Origin: Alphaproteobacteria bacterium
GTDB taxonomy: Bacteria > Pseudomonadota > Alphaproteobacteria > UBA828
Assembly (NCBI GenBank): GCA_965237415.1
Contig: CBDEFM010000002.1
Coordinates: 2,496,001 to 2,560,000, forward strand
Length of the DNA stretch: 64,000 bases
Direction of reading: 5' to 3'
This document shows, piece by piece, positions 8,387 through 19,189 of the stretch. The notes under the pieces are model-generated. The model saw nothing but the letters and a program-made list of their open reading frames with translations. It did no database searches and had not been told where the DNA came from. The position numbers and the translations under genes are program-made. Numbering within the stretch: the stretch's first letter is position 1; each line of letters opens with the position of its first letter.

Positions 8387-9328
8387 CTAGCTCGTCGCAG
8401 CCTCCCTGCGGCCGGTCGTGGTCACAAGGAAGAGACCGGCGAACATCAGGACAACTGCGCCCCAGATATACGCCGACGGCGCATCGCCGAAGAACCACAT
8501 GCCGAAGCCCATGCCCGACAGCGTGGCCACATAGTTGACCGTCGAGAAGATCACCGGGCCTGCGCGCCTGATCACCTCGAAAACCAAATAGAACGAGACG
8601 CTGTTGTTCGCCATCGCGGCGATCGTGGCCCAGTGGCCGGTGCCGAAGCCGCCGCCGAAGGCCCACCACTCCCCGGTCGCCGCCATCACGATGAAGACGT
8701 AGCCGGCCGACGCCAGCATCAGGCCTGCGCCGAGCGCCAGCGAGGTCGTCTGCTGCGGGCGCCAGCGAGCGATCAACACCGCATTGACTGCATAGGAAAG
8801 CGAAGGCACCAGGCCGAGCGCCACCCAGCCGGCCATGCCGGGCGCCGGCAGGCTCGCCTGCGGGACAAGCACCAGAAGGATGCCGGCCAGCCCCAGCAGA
8901 ATTCCACCGAACCGGAGCGTGTGGAATCGCTCCTGCCTGAGCGTCAACGCCAGCGCATAGATCATCACCGGCACCAGCGAGAGCCCCAAAGTGAGCAGGC
9001 TCGCCGGCACCTTGTGCGCGAGGTACGCAAGCAGCATGTAGGGGAAGGCGAGGTTGAGCGCGCCGGTGGAGAGGAAGATGCGCACGTGGGGGACGTCGAT
9101 GGGCGGCAGACGGCGTAGAGCGGCGGCCACGAGCATGAGCGCAGCCCCCCCGCCGAACGACTGCCAGAACACATAGGGAAGGAAGGGCACGTCGCCGTCC
9201 GCTGCGAATCGGTTGAGCGAGATCGCCAGCGCAAACGAGACACCGAGGACGAAGAGCATCGCGATGGTGACCGGGCTCGGACCGGCGGCGGAGCGGGGTT
9301 TCTCCGCAGCGCGCGGATCGACGGGCAT
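8387..9328 (-). CDS. DMT/EamA family transporter
   Basis: About 10 TM segments; [10 protein letters not shown] and VIRRAGPV motifs. Start uncertain. Confidence 0.82.
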   Translation of the reverse strand: MPVDPRAAEKPRSAAGPSPVTIAMLFVLGVSFALAISLNRFAADGDVPFLPYVFWQSFGGGAALMLVAAALRRLPPIDVPHVRIFLSTGALNLAFPYMLLAYLAHKVPASLLTLGLSLVPVMIYALALTLRQERFHTLRFGGILLGLAGILLVLVPQASLPAPGMAGWVALGLVPSLSYAVNAVLIARWRPQQTTSLALGAGLMLASAGYVFIVMAATGEWWAFGGGFGTGHWATIAAMANNSVSFYLVFEVIRRAGPVIFSTVNYVATLSGMGFGMWFFGDAPSAYIWGAVVLMFAGLFLVTTTGRREAATS

Positions 9329-9432
9329 GGGCGGAGCCTTTCACGGGTCGCGGCATGGCGCCACCGGGGCAGGGCAGGCTTGGTGCGCCGCTCGCCCGAA
9401 TGCTAGAACGGCGCATCGTCCAGGAGGGAATC

Positions 9433-10647
9433 ATGGGCCAAACTGCCGCGGCCGCCAAGGCCGCACCGTCCCGTACGAAACCGGTCTTCCAGTGGGACGA
9501 TCCGTTTCTGCTCGACGATCAACTCAGCGAGGACGAGCGGCTGGTACGCGACACCACCTGCGCCTACGCCCAAGACAAGTTGATGCCGCGCATCATCGAG
9601 GCGAACCGGCACGAGCGATTCGACCGCGAGATCATGAACGAGATGGGCGCCCTCGGCCTGCTGGGATCCACCATCCAGGGCTATGGCTGCGCCGGCGTCA
9701 GCTACGTCTGTTACGGCCTCGCCGCACGGGAAATCGAGGCGGTCGATTCCGGCTACCGCTCAGCGATGAGCGTGCAATCGAGCCTGGTGATGTATCCCAT
9801 CCACGCCTACGGCACCGAGGTGCAGAAACAAACGTGGTTGCCGCGGCTTGCCAAGGGAGAGGCGATCGGCTGCTTCGGCCTCACCGAGCCCGACGTTGGC
9901 TCCGACCCCGGTGGCATGACGACACGCGCACGTGCGGTCGACGGCGGCTTCCTCCTCTCCGGTGCGAAGAACTGGATTTCCAACTCGCCCCTCGCCGATG
10001 TCTTTCTGGTCTGGGCCAAGAACGACGAGGGCACGATCCGGGGCTACCTGCTGGAGAAGGGCATGAAGGGGCTGGCGGCGCCCAAGATCGAGGGCAAGTT
10101 CTCGCTCCGCGCCTCGGTCACGGGTATGATCCAGATGGACGAGGTCTTCGTGCCGGCGGAGAACGAGCTTCCCGGCGCGAGCGGACTCTCGGGCCCGTTC
10201 CGCTGCCTCAACCGCGCCCGCTACGGCATCGGCTGGGGGGCGCTCGGTGCCGCCGAGTTCTGCTGGCGGGCCGCCCGCCAATACACGATGGACCGCCGGC
10301 AGTTCGGCAAGCCGCTCGCGGCCAACCAGCTCATCCAGAAGAAACTCGCCGACATGCAGACCGAGATCGCCATCGGCTTGCAGGCCTGCCTTCGCGTCGG
10401 GCGGCTCTTCGACGAGGGCCGGGCGACGCCGGAAATGATCTCTCTGATCAAGCGCAATTCCTGCGGCAAGGCGCTGGAGATGGCCCGTACCGCCCGTGAC
10501 ATGCACGGCGGCAACGGCATCAGCGATGAGTTCCACGTGATCCGCCATGTCATGAACCTCGAGGCGGTCAACACCTACGAGGGCACCCACGACATCCATG
10601 CCCTGATCCTCGGCCGGGCGCAGACCGGCATCCAGGCCTTCGCCTGA
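9433..10647 (+). CDS. gcdH: Glutaryl-CoA dehydrogenase
   Basis: [66 protein letters not shown]; AGGAGG SD. Confidence 0.93.
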   Translation: MGQTAAAAKAAPSRTKPVFQWDDPFLLDDQLSEDERLVRDTTCAYAQDKLMPRIIEANRHERFDREIMNEMGALGLLGSTIQGYGCAGVSYVCYGLAAREIEAVDSGYRSAMSVQSSLVMYPIHAYGTEVQKQTWLPRLAKGEAIGCFGLTEPDVGSDPGGMTTRARAVDGGFLLSGAKNWISNSPLADVFLVWAKNDEGTIRGYLLEKGMKGLAAPKIEGKFSLRASVTGMIQMDEVFVPAENELPGASGLSGPFRCLNRARYGIGWGALGAAEFCWRAARQYTMDRRQFGKPLAANQLIQKKLADMQTEIAIGLQACLRVGRLFDEGRATPEMISLIKRNSCGKALEMARTARDMHGGNGISDEFHVIRHVMNLEAVNTYEGTHDIHALILGRAQTGIQAFA

Positions 10648-10649
10648 CC

Positions 10650-11948
10650 ATGGCGCGAAGCGGCGGGAAGGGGCGCAAAACGGAGCTCCTGCTCGGCGCG
10701 ATCGCCGACGACCTCACCGGCGCGACCGACCTCTGCAACACGCTGGTTGCGGGCGGCATGCGCACGGTCCAGGTGATCGGCGTGCCGGACACGGGCGCGC
10801 CGGTGCCTAACGCCGACGCAATCGTGATCGCGCTCAAGTCGCGCACGGTGCCGCCCGCCAAGGCGGTGTGCGAGTCCCGCGCGGCGCTCGCATGGCTGAG
10901 AGAGGGCGGCGCCCGCCAGATCTTCTTCAAGTATTGCTCGACCTTCGATTCGACGAGCCGCGGCAACATTGGGCCGGTGACCGATGCCTTGCTCGACGAT
11001 CTCGGGTCCGACCTCACTATCGCGTGCCCGGCCTTCCCAACCAACGGGCGAACCGTTTACAAGGGGCATCTCTTCGTCGGCGATGTGCTGCTCGAGAACT
11101 CGGGCATGCGCAACCACCCGCTCACGCCGATGAGGGACTCCAACCTCGTGGCTGTGCTCGGCGCCCAGACGCCCCACCCGGTGGGGCTGGTCGAGCACGC
11201 GACGGTGCGCCAGGGCGCTAATGCGATCCGCCACGCGCTCGAAGGACTGCGGGAAGCGGGTATCCGCCATGCCATCGTCGATGCCATCGCCGACGAGGAC
11301 CTCATGGCAATCGGCGCGGCCTGCGCGGACCTGCCGCTCATGACAGGCGGCTCGGGCGTCGCCATGGGCCTGCCGACGAACTTCCGGGCGGGCGGGTTGC
11401 TCAAAGCGGCCGATGAAGCGGCCACGCTGCCGGCCGCATCTGGGCACGCGGCGGTGATCGCCGGCAGCTGCTCGCCGGCGACGCTCGGGCAGATCGAGAA
11501 CATGGTGGCATCCTGTCCGTCCTTCTTCGTCGATGCCGAGGCGCTTGCTGCGCGCCGGCGGGTGGCGGCGGAGGCACTAACCTGGGCACGGCCGCGTCTC
11601 GCCGAAGGGCCGGTGCTGATCTACGCCAGCGCCCCGCCCACGCGGGTCAGACGGATTCAGAAGCGGCTCGGTGCGGAAAAGGCCGGCGCGATGATCGAGC
11701 GCTGCCTCGCCCGCATCGCGAGCGGCCTCGTCGATGCAGGCGTGGGCCGGCTGGTGGTGGCAGGCGGCGAGACCGCAGGCGCCGTGGTGGGTACGCTCGG
11801 GGTCCAGGCGCTCCGCATCGGGGCCGAGATCGACCCCGGTGTGCCGTGGACCATGAGCGTCGGCGAACCCCGGCTCCATCTCGCGCTGAAATCCGGCAAT
11901 TTCGGCGAGCCCGACTTCTTCACCCGCGCCTTCGCCGTCCTCCCATGA
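10650..11948 (+). CDS. otnK: 3-oxo-tetronate kinase (DUF1537 four-carbon acid sugar kinase)
   Basis: IADDLTGATD, FKYCSTFDST..GNIGP, AGGET, LALKSGNFG. Confidence 0.88.
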   Translation: MARSGGKGRKTELLLGAIADDLTGATDLCNTLVAGGMRTVQVIGVPDTGAPVPNADAIVIALKSRTVPPAKAVCESRAALAWLREGGARQIFFKYCSTFDSTSRGNIGPVTDALLDDLGSDLTIACPAFPTNGRTVYKGHLFVGDVLLENSGMRNHPLTPMRDSNLVAVLGAQTPHPVGLVEHATVRQGANAIRHALEGLREAGIRHAIVDAIADEDLMAIGAACADLPLMTGGSGVAMGLPTNFRAGGLLKAADEAATLPAASGHAAVIAGSCSPATLGQIENMVASCPSFFVDAEALAARRRVAAEALTWARPRLAEGPVLIYASAPPTRVRRIQKRLGAEKAGAMIERCLARIASGLVDAGVGRLVVAGGETAGAVVGTLGVQALRIGAEIDPGVPWTMSVGEPRLHLALKSGNFGEPDFFTRAFAVLP

Positions 11949-12577
11949 GCGAGAGCGCCATTCGCGAGCAAATCGCTCGCCACGGCGAATCGCTGTTCAC
12001 GCGCGGCTACGGCTGCGGCGCGTCGGGAAACATCAGCGTTGTGCTGGACGACGGGATTCTGGTGACGCCGACCAACTCATGCCTCGGCCGTCTCGACCCC
12101 GCGCGGATTGCGAAGCTCGGGCCGGACGGCACGCATCTCTCGGGCGACCCGCCGTCGAAAGAGGCCTTCCTCCACCAATCGATGTATCGGGCCAGGGCGG
12201 ATGCGCGCGCCATCGTGCATCTGCACAGCACATGCTCGGTGGCCGTCTCCTGCCTCGCCGACGTCGATCCTGCGGACGTGCTGCCCCCGCTCACCGCCTA
12301 TTACGTGATGCGCGTGGGCCGGCTGCCACTCATCCCCTACTACCGGCCGGGCGATCGCGCCTTGGCCTCCGCCGTCTACGATTTCGCGATCGACCATCAC
12401 GCGGTGCTGCTGGCCAATCACGGCCCGGTGGTCGCCGGCAAGGCGTTGGATGCCGCGGTCTATGCCGCCGAGGAGCTGGAGGAGACGGCGAAGCTGCACC
12501 TGTTGCTGCGCGGCACGCCGGTCAGACTGCTCACGGATGAGCAGGTCGCCGAGTTGAGGGAGGCGTTCCCGACCTGA
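11945..12577 (+). CDS. otnC: 3-oxo-tetronate 4-phosphate decarboxylase (class II aldolase family)
   Basis: SGNIS, TPTNSCLG, SKEAFLH, VHLHS, LLANHGPVV, EELEETAKL; ATGA overlap with otnK. Confidence 0.88.
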   Translation: MSESAIREQIARHGESLFTRGYGCGASGNISVVLDDGILVTPTNSCLGRLDPARIAKLGPDGTHLSGDPPSKEAFLHQSMYRARADARAIVHLHSTCSVAVSCLADVDPADVLPPLTAYYVMRVGRLPLIPYYRPGDRALASAVYDFAIDHHAVLLANHGPVVAGKALDAAVYAAEELEETAKLHLLLRGTPVRLLTDEQVAELREAFPT

Positions 12578-12610
12578 GCCGGGGTCTGTTGAGGGGTGCG
12601 CGCCGCCCGA

Positions 12611-13042
12611 TCAGGCGGCCTCGCTCTCCTCTTCTTCCTCGTCGTCGCCCGGTACGGGGCCTGAATCCTTGCCCTTCTCGTCCTCGTCCCGGTCGACAAG
12701 CTCGATGATCGCCATGGGCGCAGCGTCGCCGTAGCGGAAGCCGGCCTTCAGCACGCGGGTATAGCCGCCCGGGCGATCGGCATAGCGGGGCCCCAGCGTG
12801 TCGAAGAGCTTGCGCACCACCGCCTCGTCGACGAGATAACCCAGGGCCTGCCGGCGTGCGTGGAGGTCGCCGCGCTTGCCGAGCGTGATCATGCGCTCGA
12901 CCACGCCGCGCAGCTCCTTCGCCTTGGGCACGGTGGTCTCGATCTGCTCGTGCTTGAGCAACGCCGTCGCCATGTTGCGAAACATCGCGCGGCGGTGGCT
13001 CGACGTCCGGTTCAGCTTGCGACGGCCATGTCGATGGCGCAT
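12611..13042 (-). CDS. rplQ: 50S ribosomal protein L17
   Basis: MRH...[38 protein letters not shown]. Confidence 0.98.
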   Translation of the reverse strand: MRHRHGRRKLNRTSSHRRAMFRNMATALLKHEQIETTVPKAKELRGVVERMITLGKRGDLHARRQALGYLVDEAVVRKLFDTLGPRYADRPGGYTRVLKAGFRYGDAAPMAIIELVDRDEDEKGKDSGPVPGDDEEEEESEAA

Positions 13043-13081
13043 GGCTTATCCCCCTGCGGCGTGGCTCGGGCTGACCGGCCC

Positions 13082-14095
13082 CTAGTAGGGCTCGTCCAGC
13101 CTCTTGGCCAGCTCCTCGATGTTCTCGGGCGGCCAGTCGGTGAGCTCCATGCCGAGATAGAGGCCCATGCCGGCGAGCACGTCCTTGATCTCGTTGAGCG
13201 ATTTCCGCCCGAAGTTGGGCGTCCGCAGCATTTCGGCCTCGGAATACTGCACCAGGTCGCCGATGTAGATGATGTTGTCGTTCTTGAGGCAGTTGGCGGA
13301 GCGGACCGAGAGTTCCAGCTCGTCCACCTTGCGCAGCAGGTTCGGATTGAACTCGGGCTCGGCCGCCTCCTCGGCACGCGGCAACTCGTGCGGCTCCTCG
13401 AAGTTGATAAAGAGTTGGAACTGGTCCTGGAGAATCCGGGCGGCGAGCGCGATCGCATCCTCAGGCGAGACGGTGCCGTTGGTCTCGACCCGCATCGTCA
13501 GCTTGTCGTAGTCGGTCACCTGGCCCACGCGGGTGTTATCCACCTTGTAGGCAACCTTGCGGACCGGGCTGTAGAGCGCATCGACCGGGATCAGCCCGAT
13601 GGGCGCGTCCTCGGGCCGGTTCTGAGCGGCGGGAACGTATCCCTTGCCCGTCTCGACCGTGAACTCCATGTCGATGCGGGCATTCTCGTCGAGCGTGCAG
13701 ATCACCACGCTCGGATCGACGATCTGGATGCCGTGGCCCTCCTGGATTTGCGCCGCCGTGACCTCGCCCGGACCGGACGCGGTCAGCGTCATCCGCTTGG
13801 GACCCTCACCGTGCATGCGGAGCGCGAGCAGCTTCAAGTTAAGCACGATGTCGGTGATGTCCTCGCGCACACCCTGGAGCGAGGAGAACTCGTGCAGCAC
13901 GCCGTTGATCTGCATCGACGTGACCGCAGCACCCTGCAGCGACGACAGCAGGATGCGCCGGAGCGCGTTGCCGAGCGTCATGCCGTAGCCACGCTCGAGC
14001 GGCTCGGCCACGATACGGGCGTAGCGGGAGCTGTCGCCCTCGGGCGTCACTTCGAGTTTGGACGGCTTGATGAGTTCCTGCCAGTTCTTATTCAT
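13082..14095 (-). CDS. rpoA: RNA polymerase alpha subunit
   Basis: [54 protein letters not shown]. Confidence 0.98.
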   Translation of the reverse strand: MNKNWQELIKPSKLEVTPEGDSSRYARIVAEPLERGYGMTLGNALRRILLSSLQGAAVTSMQINGVLHEFSSLQGVREDITDIVLNLKLLALRMHGEGPKRMTLTASGPGEVTAAQIQEGHGIQIVDPSVVICTLDENARIDMEFTVETGKGYVPAAQNRPEDAPIGLIPVDALYSPVRKVAYKVDNTRVGQVTDYDKLTMRVETNGTVSPEDAIALAARILQDQFQLFINFEEPHELPRAEEAAEPEFNPNLLRKVDELELSVRSANCLKNDNIIYIGDLVQYSEAEMLRTPNFGRKSLNEIKDVLAGMGLYLGMELTDWPPENIEELAKRLDEPY

Positions 14096-14177
14096 GACGC
14101 AGACTGTCCCCGTGTGATGGGTTGCTCGCCCGCCGGATGAGCGATGTGGCGCGCGGCTGCGCGCCGAAACGATGCCG

Positions 14178-14564
14178 TCAGACGCGCCGCCTTTTTGGCG
14201 GCCGACATCCATTGTGCGGGATCGGCGTGACGTCGCGGATCGCGGTGATCACGAAGCCCGCGCTTTGAAGCGCCCGCAGCGCCGATTCTCGGCCCGAGCC
14301 CGGCCCCCTGACCTCGACCTCGAGCGACTTGACGCCGTGCTCGGCGGCCTTGCGGCCAGCTTCCTCCGCCGCCATCTGGGCGGCGTAAGGGGTCGATTTG
14401 CGCGAGCCGCGAAAGCCCATGCTGCCGGCCGACGACCAGGCAATGGCGTTGCCCTGGACATCGGTAATGGTGATCATCGTGCTGTTGAAGGTGGCGCTGA
14501 CATGGGCGATGCCGGAGGAGATGTTCTTCCGCTCGCGGCGTCGCGTGCGCGTCGGCTTCGCCAT
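14178..14564 (-). CDS. rpsK: 30S ribosomal protein S11
   Basis: [38 protein letters not shown]. Confidence 0.98.
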   Translation of the reverse strand: MAKPTRTRRRERKNISSGIAHVSATFNSTMITITDVQGNAIAWSSAGSMGFRGSRKSTPYAAQMAAEEAGRKAAEHGVKSLEVEVRGPGSGRESALRALQSAGFVITAIRDVTPIPHNGCRPPKRRRV

Positions 14565-14576
14565 ACTCGCTGCCCT

Positions 14577-14945
14577 CTACTTCTTCCTGCCCGCGATCGG
14601 GCGCGCTGGCCCCTTGCGCGTGCGTGCGTTGGTGTGGGTGCGCTGGCCGCGCACCGGCAAGCCGCGCCGATGCCTCAATCCCCGATAGGTACCGAGGTCC
14701 ATCAGCCGCTTGATGTTCATCGCAACCTCGCGCCGAAGGTCGCCCTCGACCACATAACTCTGGTCGATCACCTCGCGGATACGGATAACCTCAGAGTCGC
14801 TCAGCTGGCTCACCCGCTTCTCCGGCGGGAGACCGACCGTCTCGCGAATTTGCCGGGCCTTGGTGCGCCCGATACCGTGGATATAGGTCAACGCAATCTC
14901 GACCCGCTTGTTGGTCGGGATGTTGACGCCGGCGATGCGCGCCAC
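14577..14945 (-). CDS. rpsM: 30S ribosomal protein S13
   Basis: [34 protein letters not shown]; GAGGAGG SD before the GTG. Confidence 0.98.
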   Translation of the reverse strand: MARIAGVNIPTNKRVEIALTYIHGIGRTKARQIRETVGLPPEKRVSQLSDSEVIRIREVIDQSYVVEGDLRREVAMNIKRLMDLGTYRGLRHRRGLPVRGQRTHTNARTRKGPARPIAGRKK

Positions 14946-15010
14946 GCTGGAGCCTCCTCATAGGGGAAAGGCGCGCGGCGATACCTGCGCCGCGCACCTT
15001 GGCGGTGAGT

Positions 15011-15039
15011 GATTACCACCGCGCCCGCGCGCGAGTCAA
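15011..15039 (-). promoter_or_regulatory. Candidate sigma70 promoter of the rpsM operon
   Basis: Minus strand TTGACT + 17 nt + GTAATC, about 65 nt upstream of rpsM. Confidence 0.5.
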
Positions 15040-15169
15040 TGCTAACCCGGACCTGCTTGGGGCTCTCTTGTCGACCCCCGAACAGAACCGGGACAAGAGG
15101 AGCGCAAGAGTCGGCCGGCCGGCCGGGGATTTGGCGCCGACTCTGAGGCCATCGCGTTGCGCGCGAGGC

Positions 15170-16228
15170 TCAGTTGCGTCCGGCGCCGCCCTCGATGCGC
15201 GAACGCCGGCGCCCCAGATACCGTTCGACGATCTCGTCGAGCTCGTCATTTCCGATCAGACCGTCGGGGCGGAGCGCCATGAACAGCACGATCGTGCCGC
15301 CGAGGAAGAAACCCGTGAGCCCGAATATCTGCGGTAGCTGGAGCCCGAGGATTTCGGGCGCACTCTCGAAATAGCGCATGATCTCGAAGCCGACGGTCAC
15401 CACGATGGCACCGATCACCGCGCCTGAGACGCTGCGCGTGCCGCCGAGAATGAGCATGGCAAGGGTCAGGAACGTCGCTTCGAAATAGAAACTCTTGGGG
15501 CTGATCGAGCCTATCAGATAGGCATACATCACGCCGCCCACCGCGATGATGGCGCCGCTCAGCGTCCACGCGACGAGGCGAAGCCAGCGGATGTTGACGC
15601 CCATGGCCTCGGCCGCGTCGATGTCCTCCCCGCTCGCGCGGAGCTGAACGCCGGACTTCGAGTCCCGGAACAGGCGCGCGGCGATGACGGCCCCTGCCGA
15701 GATGAACATCAACCAGACGATATTGGTGCTTACCGGGATGCCGTAGAGCGCCCGCGGCCCCCGGGTGAGATCGATCCAGTTGACGATCACGACATGGACA
15801 ATGACCAGCCAGGCGAGCGTCACGATGGTGCCAGCAATACCCGATTGCCGGGTGATCACCAGGCCGATGATGAAGGCGATGGCGGTGGTGATCGCAACGG
15901 CGATCAGCGCTGCCAGGACCGGCGACAATTCGACATGGGTCAGGCCGAAGGGCGCGGTGCGCAAGATCGACATCTTGATGGCGACGGGAATGACGAGAAT
16001 TGCGGCGATATAGGCCGCGATGCCCATGAAGGTGACGTGGCCGAGATTGGCGACATTCGAGTTGCCCATGGTCACCTGAAGGCCGAGCACGACAATCATG
16101 TTGATGAAGAAGATGTTGGTGACGCGGACCTGGGCCGTGTCGGCGAAACTCATGACGAGCACGCCGATCAGAATCGTCAGCAGGCCGAGCGCGACCCCGC
16201 CGCGCAGCGAGCGGAGGACGGGTCTCAT
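15170..16228 (-). CDS. livM: Branched-chain amino acid type ABC transporter permease (LivM-like)
   Basis: NLGHVTFMGIAAY, AEAMGVN, MLILGG..SVSGAVIGA, RPDGLIG. Confidence 0.88.
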   Translation of the reverse strand: MRPVLRSLRGGVALGLLTILIGVLVMSFADTAQVRVTNIFFINMIVVLGLQVTMGNSNVANLGHVTFMGIAAYIAAILVIPVAIKMSILRTAPFGLTHVELSPVLAALIAVAITTAIAFIIGLVITRQSGIAGTIVTLAWLVIVHVVIVNWIDLTRGPRALYGIPVSTNIVWLMFISAGAVIAARLFRDSKSGVQLRASGEDIDAAEAMGVNIRWLRLVAWTLSGAIIAVGGVMYAYLIGSISPKSFYFEATFLTLAMLILGGTRSVSGAVIGAIVVTVGFEIMRYFESAPEILGLQLPQIFGLTGFFLGGTIVLFMALRPDGLIGNDELDEIVERYLGRRRSRIEGGAGRN

Positions 16229-17127
16229 CCGCTCTTCTCTCCGAACTGGGCCTTGTGCCCCAGGATGCCCTGGGGACGCACAACGAGGAGCCCGCCGACG
16301 AAGAGGAAGACGAAGGCATCGCGATAGCCCGCGATGCCCTCGGGAAGGACGACCTGAAAGACGACCTCCGCAATACCGAGCGCGAAGCCGCCGATGACCG
16401 CCCCGGCAAGGCTCCCGAAGCCGCCCAGCACTGCGGCAACGAAAGCCTTGAGAACGGGCGCGAAGCCCATAAACGGATCAACCGCGCCCCGCCGCGCAAT
16501 GATGAAGATGGCCGCGAGGCCGGCGAGCGCGCCCGAGATCACGAAGGCCATGAGCACCACCTGATTGGCCCGGATGCCCATGAGGCGCACGGTGTTGAAA
16601 TCCTTGGAGGCCGCGCGCATGGCGAGGCCTATATTGGTGCTGCGCAGGAGGATCAGGAGCAGCATGAGCGCCAACCCCGTGACCGCGCCCTCGAGGATCT
16701 GCAGGACCTGGATCCGGACCCCTCCGACAGAGATCATCTCGCCCAAGAAATCCGGCGTCGGCACCGCCTTGGAACGCGTCGCGACCACGGTCACAAAGAA
16801 ATTCTTGACGATGATACTGAGGCCGAAGGCGGTCAGAAGCCCGGTCGTGGCCGGTGCGTTTCGTATCGGTCGGAAGGCGGTTCGTTCGAATACGACGGCG
16901 GCGGTGATGGAGGCCAGAATGCCGATCGGCAGCAGGCTCCAGGCGCTCGTCGGCGTGGCGAAGATGAAGAGCGCGTACATCGTGTAGCCGGACACGGTGA
17001 TGAACTCGCCGTGCGCGAAATTGACGAGGCCCATGACGGAGAACACGATCGCGAGGCCGAGCGCGAGCAGGGCGTACTCGCCGCCGATGCTGAGCGCGTT
17101 GAACCCCTGCTGGACGACGTATTCCAT
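16225..17127 (-). CDS. livH: Branched-chain amino acid type ABC transporter permease (LivH-like)
   Basis: YALLALGLAIVFSVMGLVNFAHGE, KAFVAAVLGGFGS, RPQGILG. Confidence 0.9.
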   Translation of the reverse strand: MEYVVQQGFNALSIGGEYALLALGLAIVFSVMGLVNFAHGEFITVSGYTMYALFIFATPTSAWSLLPIGILASITAAVVFERTAFRPIRNAPATTGLLTAFGLSIIVKNFFVTVVATRSKAVPTPDFLGEMISVGGVRIQVLQILEGAVTGLALMLLLILLRSTNIGLAMRAASKDFNTVRLMGIRANQVVLMAFVISGALAGLAAIFIIARRGAVDPFMGFAPVLKAFVAAVLGGFGSLAGAVIGGFALGIAEVVFQVVLPEGIAGYRDAFVFLFVGGLLVVRPQGILGHKAQFGEKSG

Positions 17128-17141
17128 GACGCTTGCGCTGC

Positions 17142-17882
17142 TCAGCCCGGCGCGGGCCTGCCGGCTCCAACCTCCGTTCCGGTCCCCAGATAGTGGGTCA
17201 TCAGGTTCTCCGAGCTCGCGAGTTCCTGGGCGTTGCCCTCGTAGCGGATGCGCCCGGTGCTGAGCACGTAGGCCCGATCCGCGAACAGCAGGGCGTCGTG
17301 GGCGTTCTGCTCGACGACGAGGAGGGTGAGACCCCGGCCGCGCAGGGTGGAGATCAACTCGAAAATCTGCTCGATCAGCCGGGGCGCGAGCCCGAGCGAC
17401 GGCTCGTCGAGCATGAGCAACCTGGGCTTCGACATCATGGACCGCGCGATGGCGAGCTGCTGTTGCTCGCCGCCCGATAGCGTTTGGGCCTTCGCCTTGT
17501 AGCGATCCCTCAAGATGGGAAACATCTCGAGCAGCTCGTCAAGATCGCGCTTGATCCCCTCCTTGTCCTTGCGCACCGCGGCGCCGAGACGGAGGTTCTC
17601 GCCGACCGAGAGATCGGCAAAGACGTGGCGGCCCTCGGGCGTCAGGGTGACGCCCATGCGCACCACGTCTTCGGTCTTCTTGTGGGTGATGTCGACATCG
17701 CCCAGCGCGACCTTGCCGGCGGCGACCGGGACGAGCCCGACGACGGCGGAAATCAGACTCGTCTTGCCGGCGCCGTTGGGGCCGAGAAGGGCGACGATCT
17801 CGCCCTCCTCGACCCGAAGCGATACCTCCTGAACCGCCCGGATAGCGCCGTAGCTGACCGAGAGGTTCTCGACCGAGAGCAT
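17142..17882 (-). CDS. livF: ABC transporter ATP-binding protein (LivF-like)
   Basis: GPNGAGKT, PEGRHVF, LSGGEQQQL, LDEPSLGLAP, VEQN. Confidence 0.92.
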   Translation of the reverse strand: MLSVENLSVSYGAIRAVQEVSLRVEEGEIVALLGPNGAGKTSLISAVVGLVPVAAGKVALGDVDITHKKTEDVVRMGVTLTPEGRHVFADLSVGENLRLGAAVRKDKEGIKRDLDELLEMFPILRDRYKAKAQTLSGGEQQQLAIARSMMSKPRLLMLDEPSLGLAPRLIEQIFELISTLRGRGLTLLVVEQNAHDALLFADRAYVLSTGRIRYEGNAQELASSENLMTHYLGTGTEVGAGRPAPG

Positions 17883-17885
17883 GCC

Positions 17886-19082
17886 CTATTGGTTCGGCGT
17901 CCAGTCGGAGAAGCCGTCGGGCACCCAGTCGGGCAGGATCTTCGTCAGCGGCGTGAACTGGCCGCCGCTCACCGTCACCATCGTCATGCGCTTCAGCGGC
18001 ACACCGCCGTAGCCCTTGAAGGTGATCGAATCCGTCGTCACCCCCGGAAGGCCGTCGATCTCCTTGATCTGCGCGTTGATCGCCGCGGGCTCGGCGGAGC
18101 CGGCCGTCTCGATGGCATGGCGCACGATCTCGACGGCTTCGCCGCCGAGGCCAAAGAAGATGTTCTGGATGTCGAAGCCGCGGCTCACGCACTCGTCATA
18201 GAACCACTTGAGCTTGCTGCCGTCGGTGGGAAATCCGTGGGTCGTGAACGTGACCAGCTCGGCGCCCTCGCCGCCGACCTCGATCAGGGTCGGATCGTCC
18301 ATCCCGTCCGTCGCGTAGATCGGGATACTGACGCCTGCGGCGTGGAGCTGGCGCGCGAAGACCCCGCCATCGGGCATGATGAAGGCCGAGAAGATGACGT
18401 CCGGCCGGGGATCCATGGAGGCGAACTCGCTGACCTGGGGCGAATAGTCCGTAGTGCCCCAGTTCCAGTTCATCTCGCCCAGGACCTTGCCGCCCAGATG
18501 CTCGAAGGTCTCGCCGAAATAGCGTGGCGTGGCGATCGAGTAGCTGCCGATGTCGTGCGAGATCATCAGGTAGGCGGTCTCGAGGCCCTGCTCGCGCGCG
18601 TAGTGCGCCGCCGCCGAGGCCGCGGCGTTGTCGCCGTAGGGCGTGAGATAGGCGATATCGGGAATCGCCGCGGGCCACTGCACCTGGGTCGAGCCCACGG
18701 AAATCACCGGGATGCTGTTGGGCTGCGCCATCATGCCCGCCGGGATCAGCGTATCGTCCGTCGGCGGCCCGAACAGCACGACCGCGCCGGCGTCGATCAG
18801 CTCCTGCGCCGCGGTGCCGGCGAGCGCCGGATCGCTCTTGATATCGCGGGCGAGCAGCTTGAGCTTGGTGCCGCCGAGCACGCCGCCCCCGTCGTTGACG
18901 ATGTCGACCATGCACTGCACGCCAGGCACGCTGCCGTAGGGTGCGAGCTCCCCGGTTGCGGCGGCGACGTAGCCGAGGATGATCTCGTCTTCGGCGGCGG
19001 CGATGCTCGCCGATCCGATCATACCGGCCGCCGCGATCGCGGCGACGACGGCATGGCATCGTTTATGGGTTCGTCCGGTCAT
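17886..19082 (-). CDS. ABC transporter periplasmic substrate-binding protein (LivK/Peripla_BP_6 family)
   Basis: Signal peptide AVVAAIAAAGMIGSASIAAA, NDGGGVLGG, TDYSPQV; GGGAGA SD before ATG 19082. Confidence 0.85.
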   Translation of the reverse strand: MTGRTHKRCHAVVAAIAAAGMIGSASIAAAEDEIILGYVAAATGELAPYGSVPGVQCMVDIVNDGGGVLGGTKLKLLARDIKSDPALAGTAAQELIDAGAVVLFGPPTDDTLIPAGMMAQPNSIPVISVGSTQVQWPAAIPDIAYLTPYGDNAAASAAAHYAREQGLETAYLMISHDIGSYSIATPRYFGETFEHLGGKVLGEMNWNWGTTDYSPQVSEFASMDPRPDVIFSAFIMPDGGVFARQLHAAGVSIPIYATDGMDDPTLIEVGGEGAELVTFTTHGFPTDGSKLKWFYDECVSRGFDIQNIFFGLGGEAVEIVRHAIETAGSAEPAAINAQIKEIDGLPGVTTDSITFKGYGGVPLKRMTMVTVSGGQFTPLTKILPDWVPDGFSDWTPNQ

Positions 19083-19189
19083 TGCGTGGTTCTCCCTCTT
19101 TGAAGCGTTGTCTTTTCCGGCAAACGAACCGGCCCTCCTGTGCCGAGCCGGCTTAACCTGACTTCGTCTGTCGCTCCTCTCGCAGTGTG

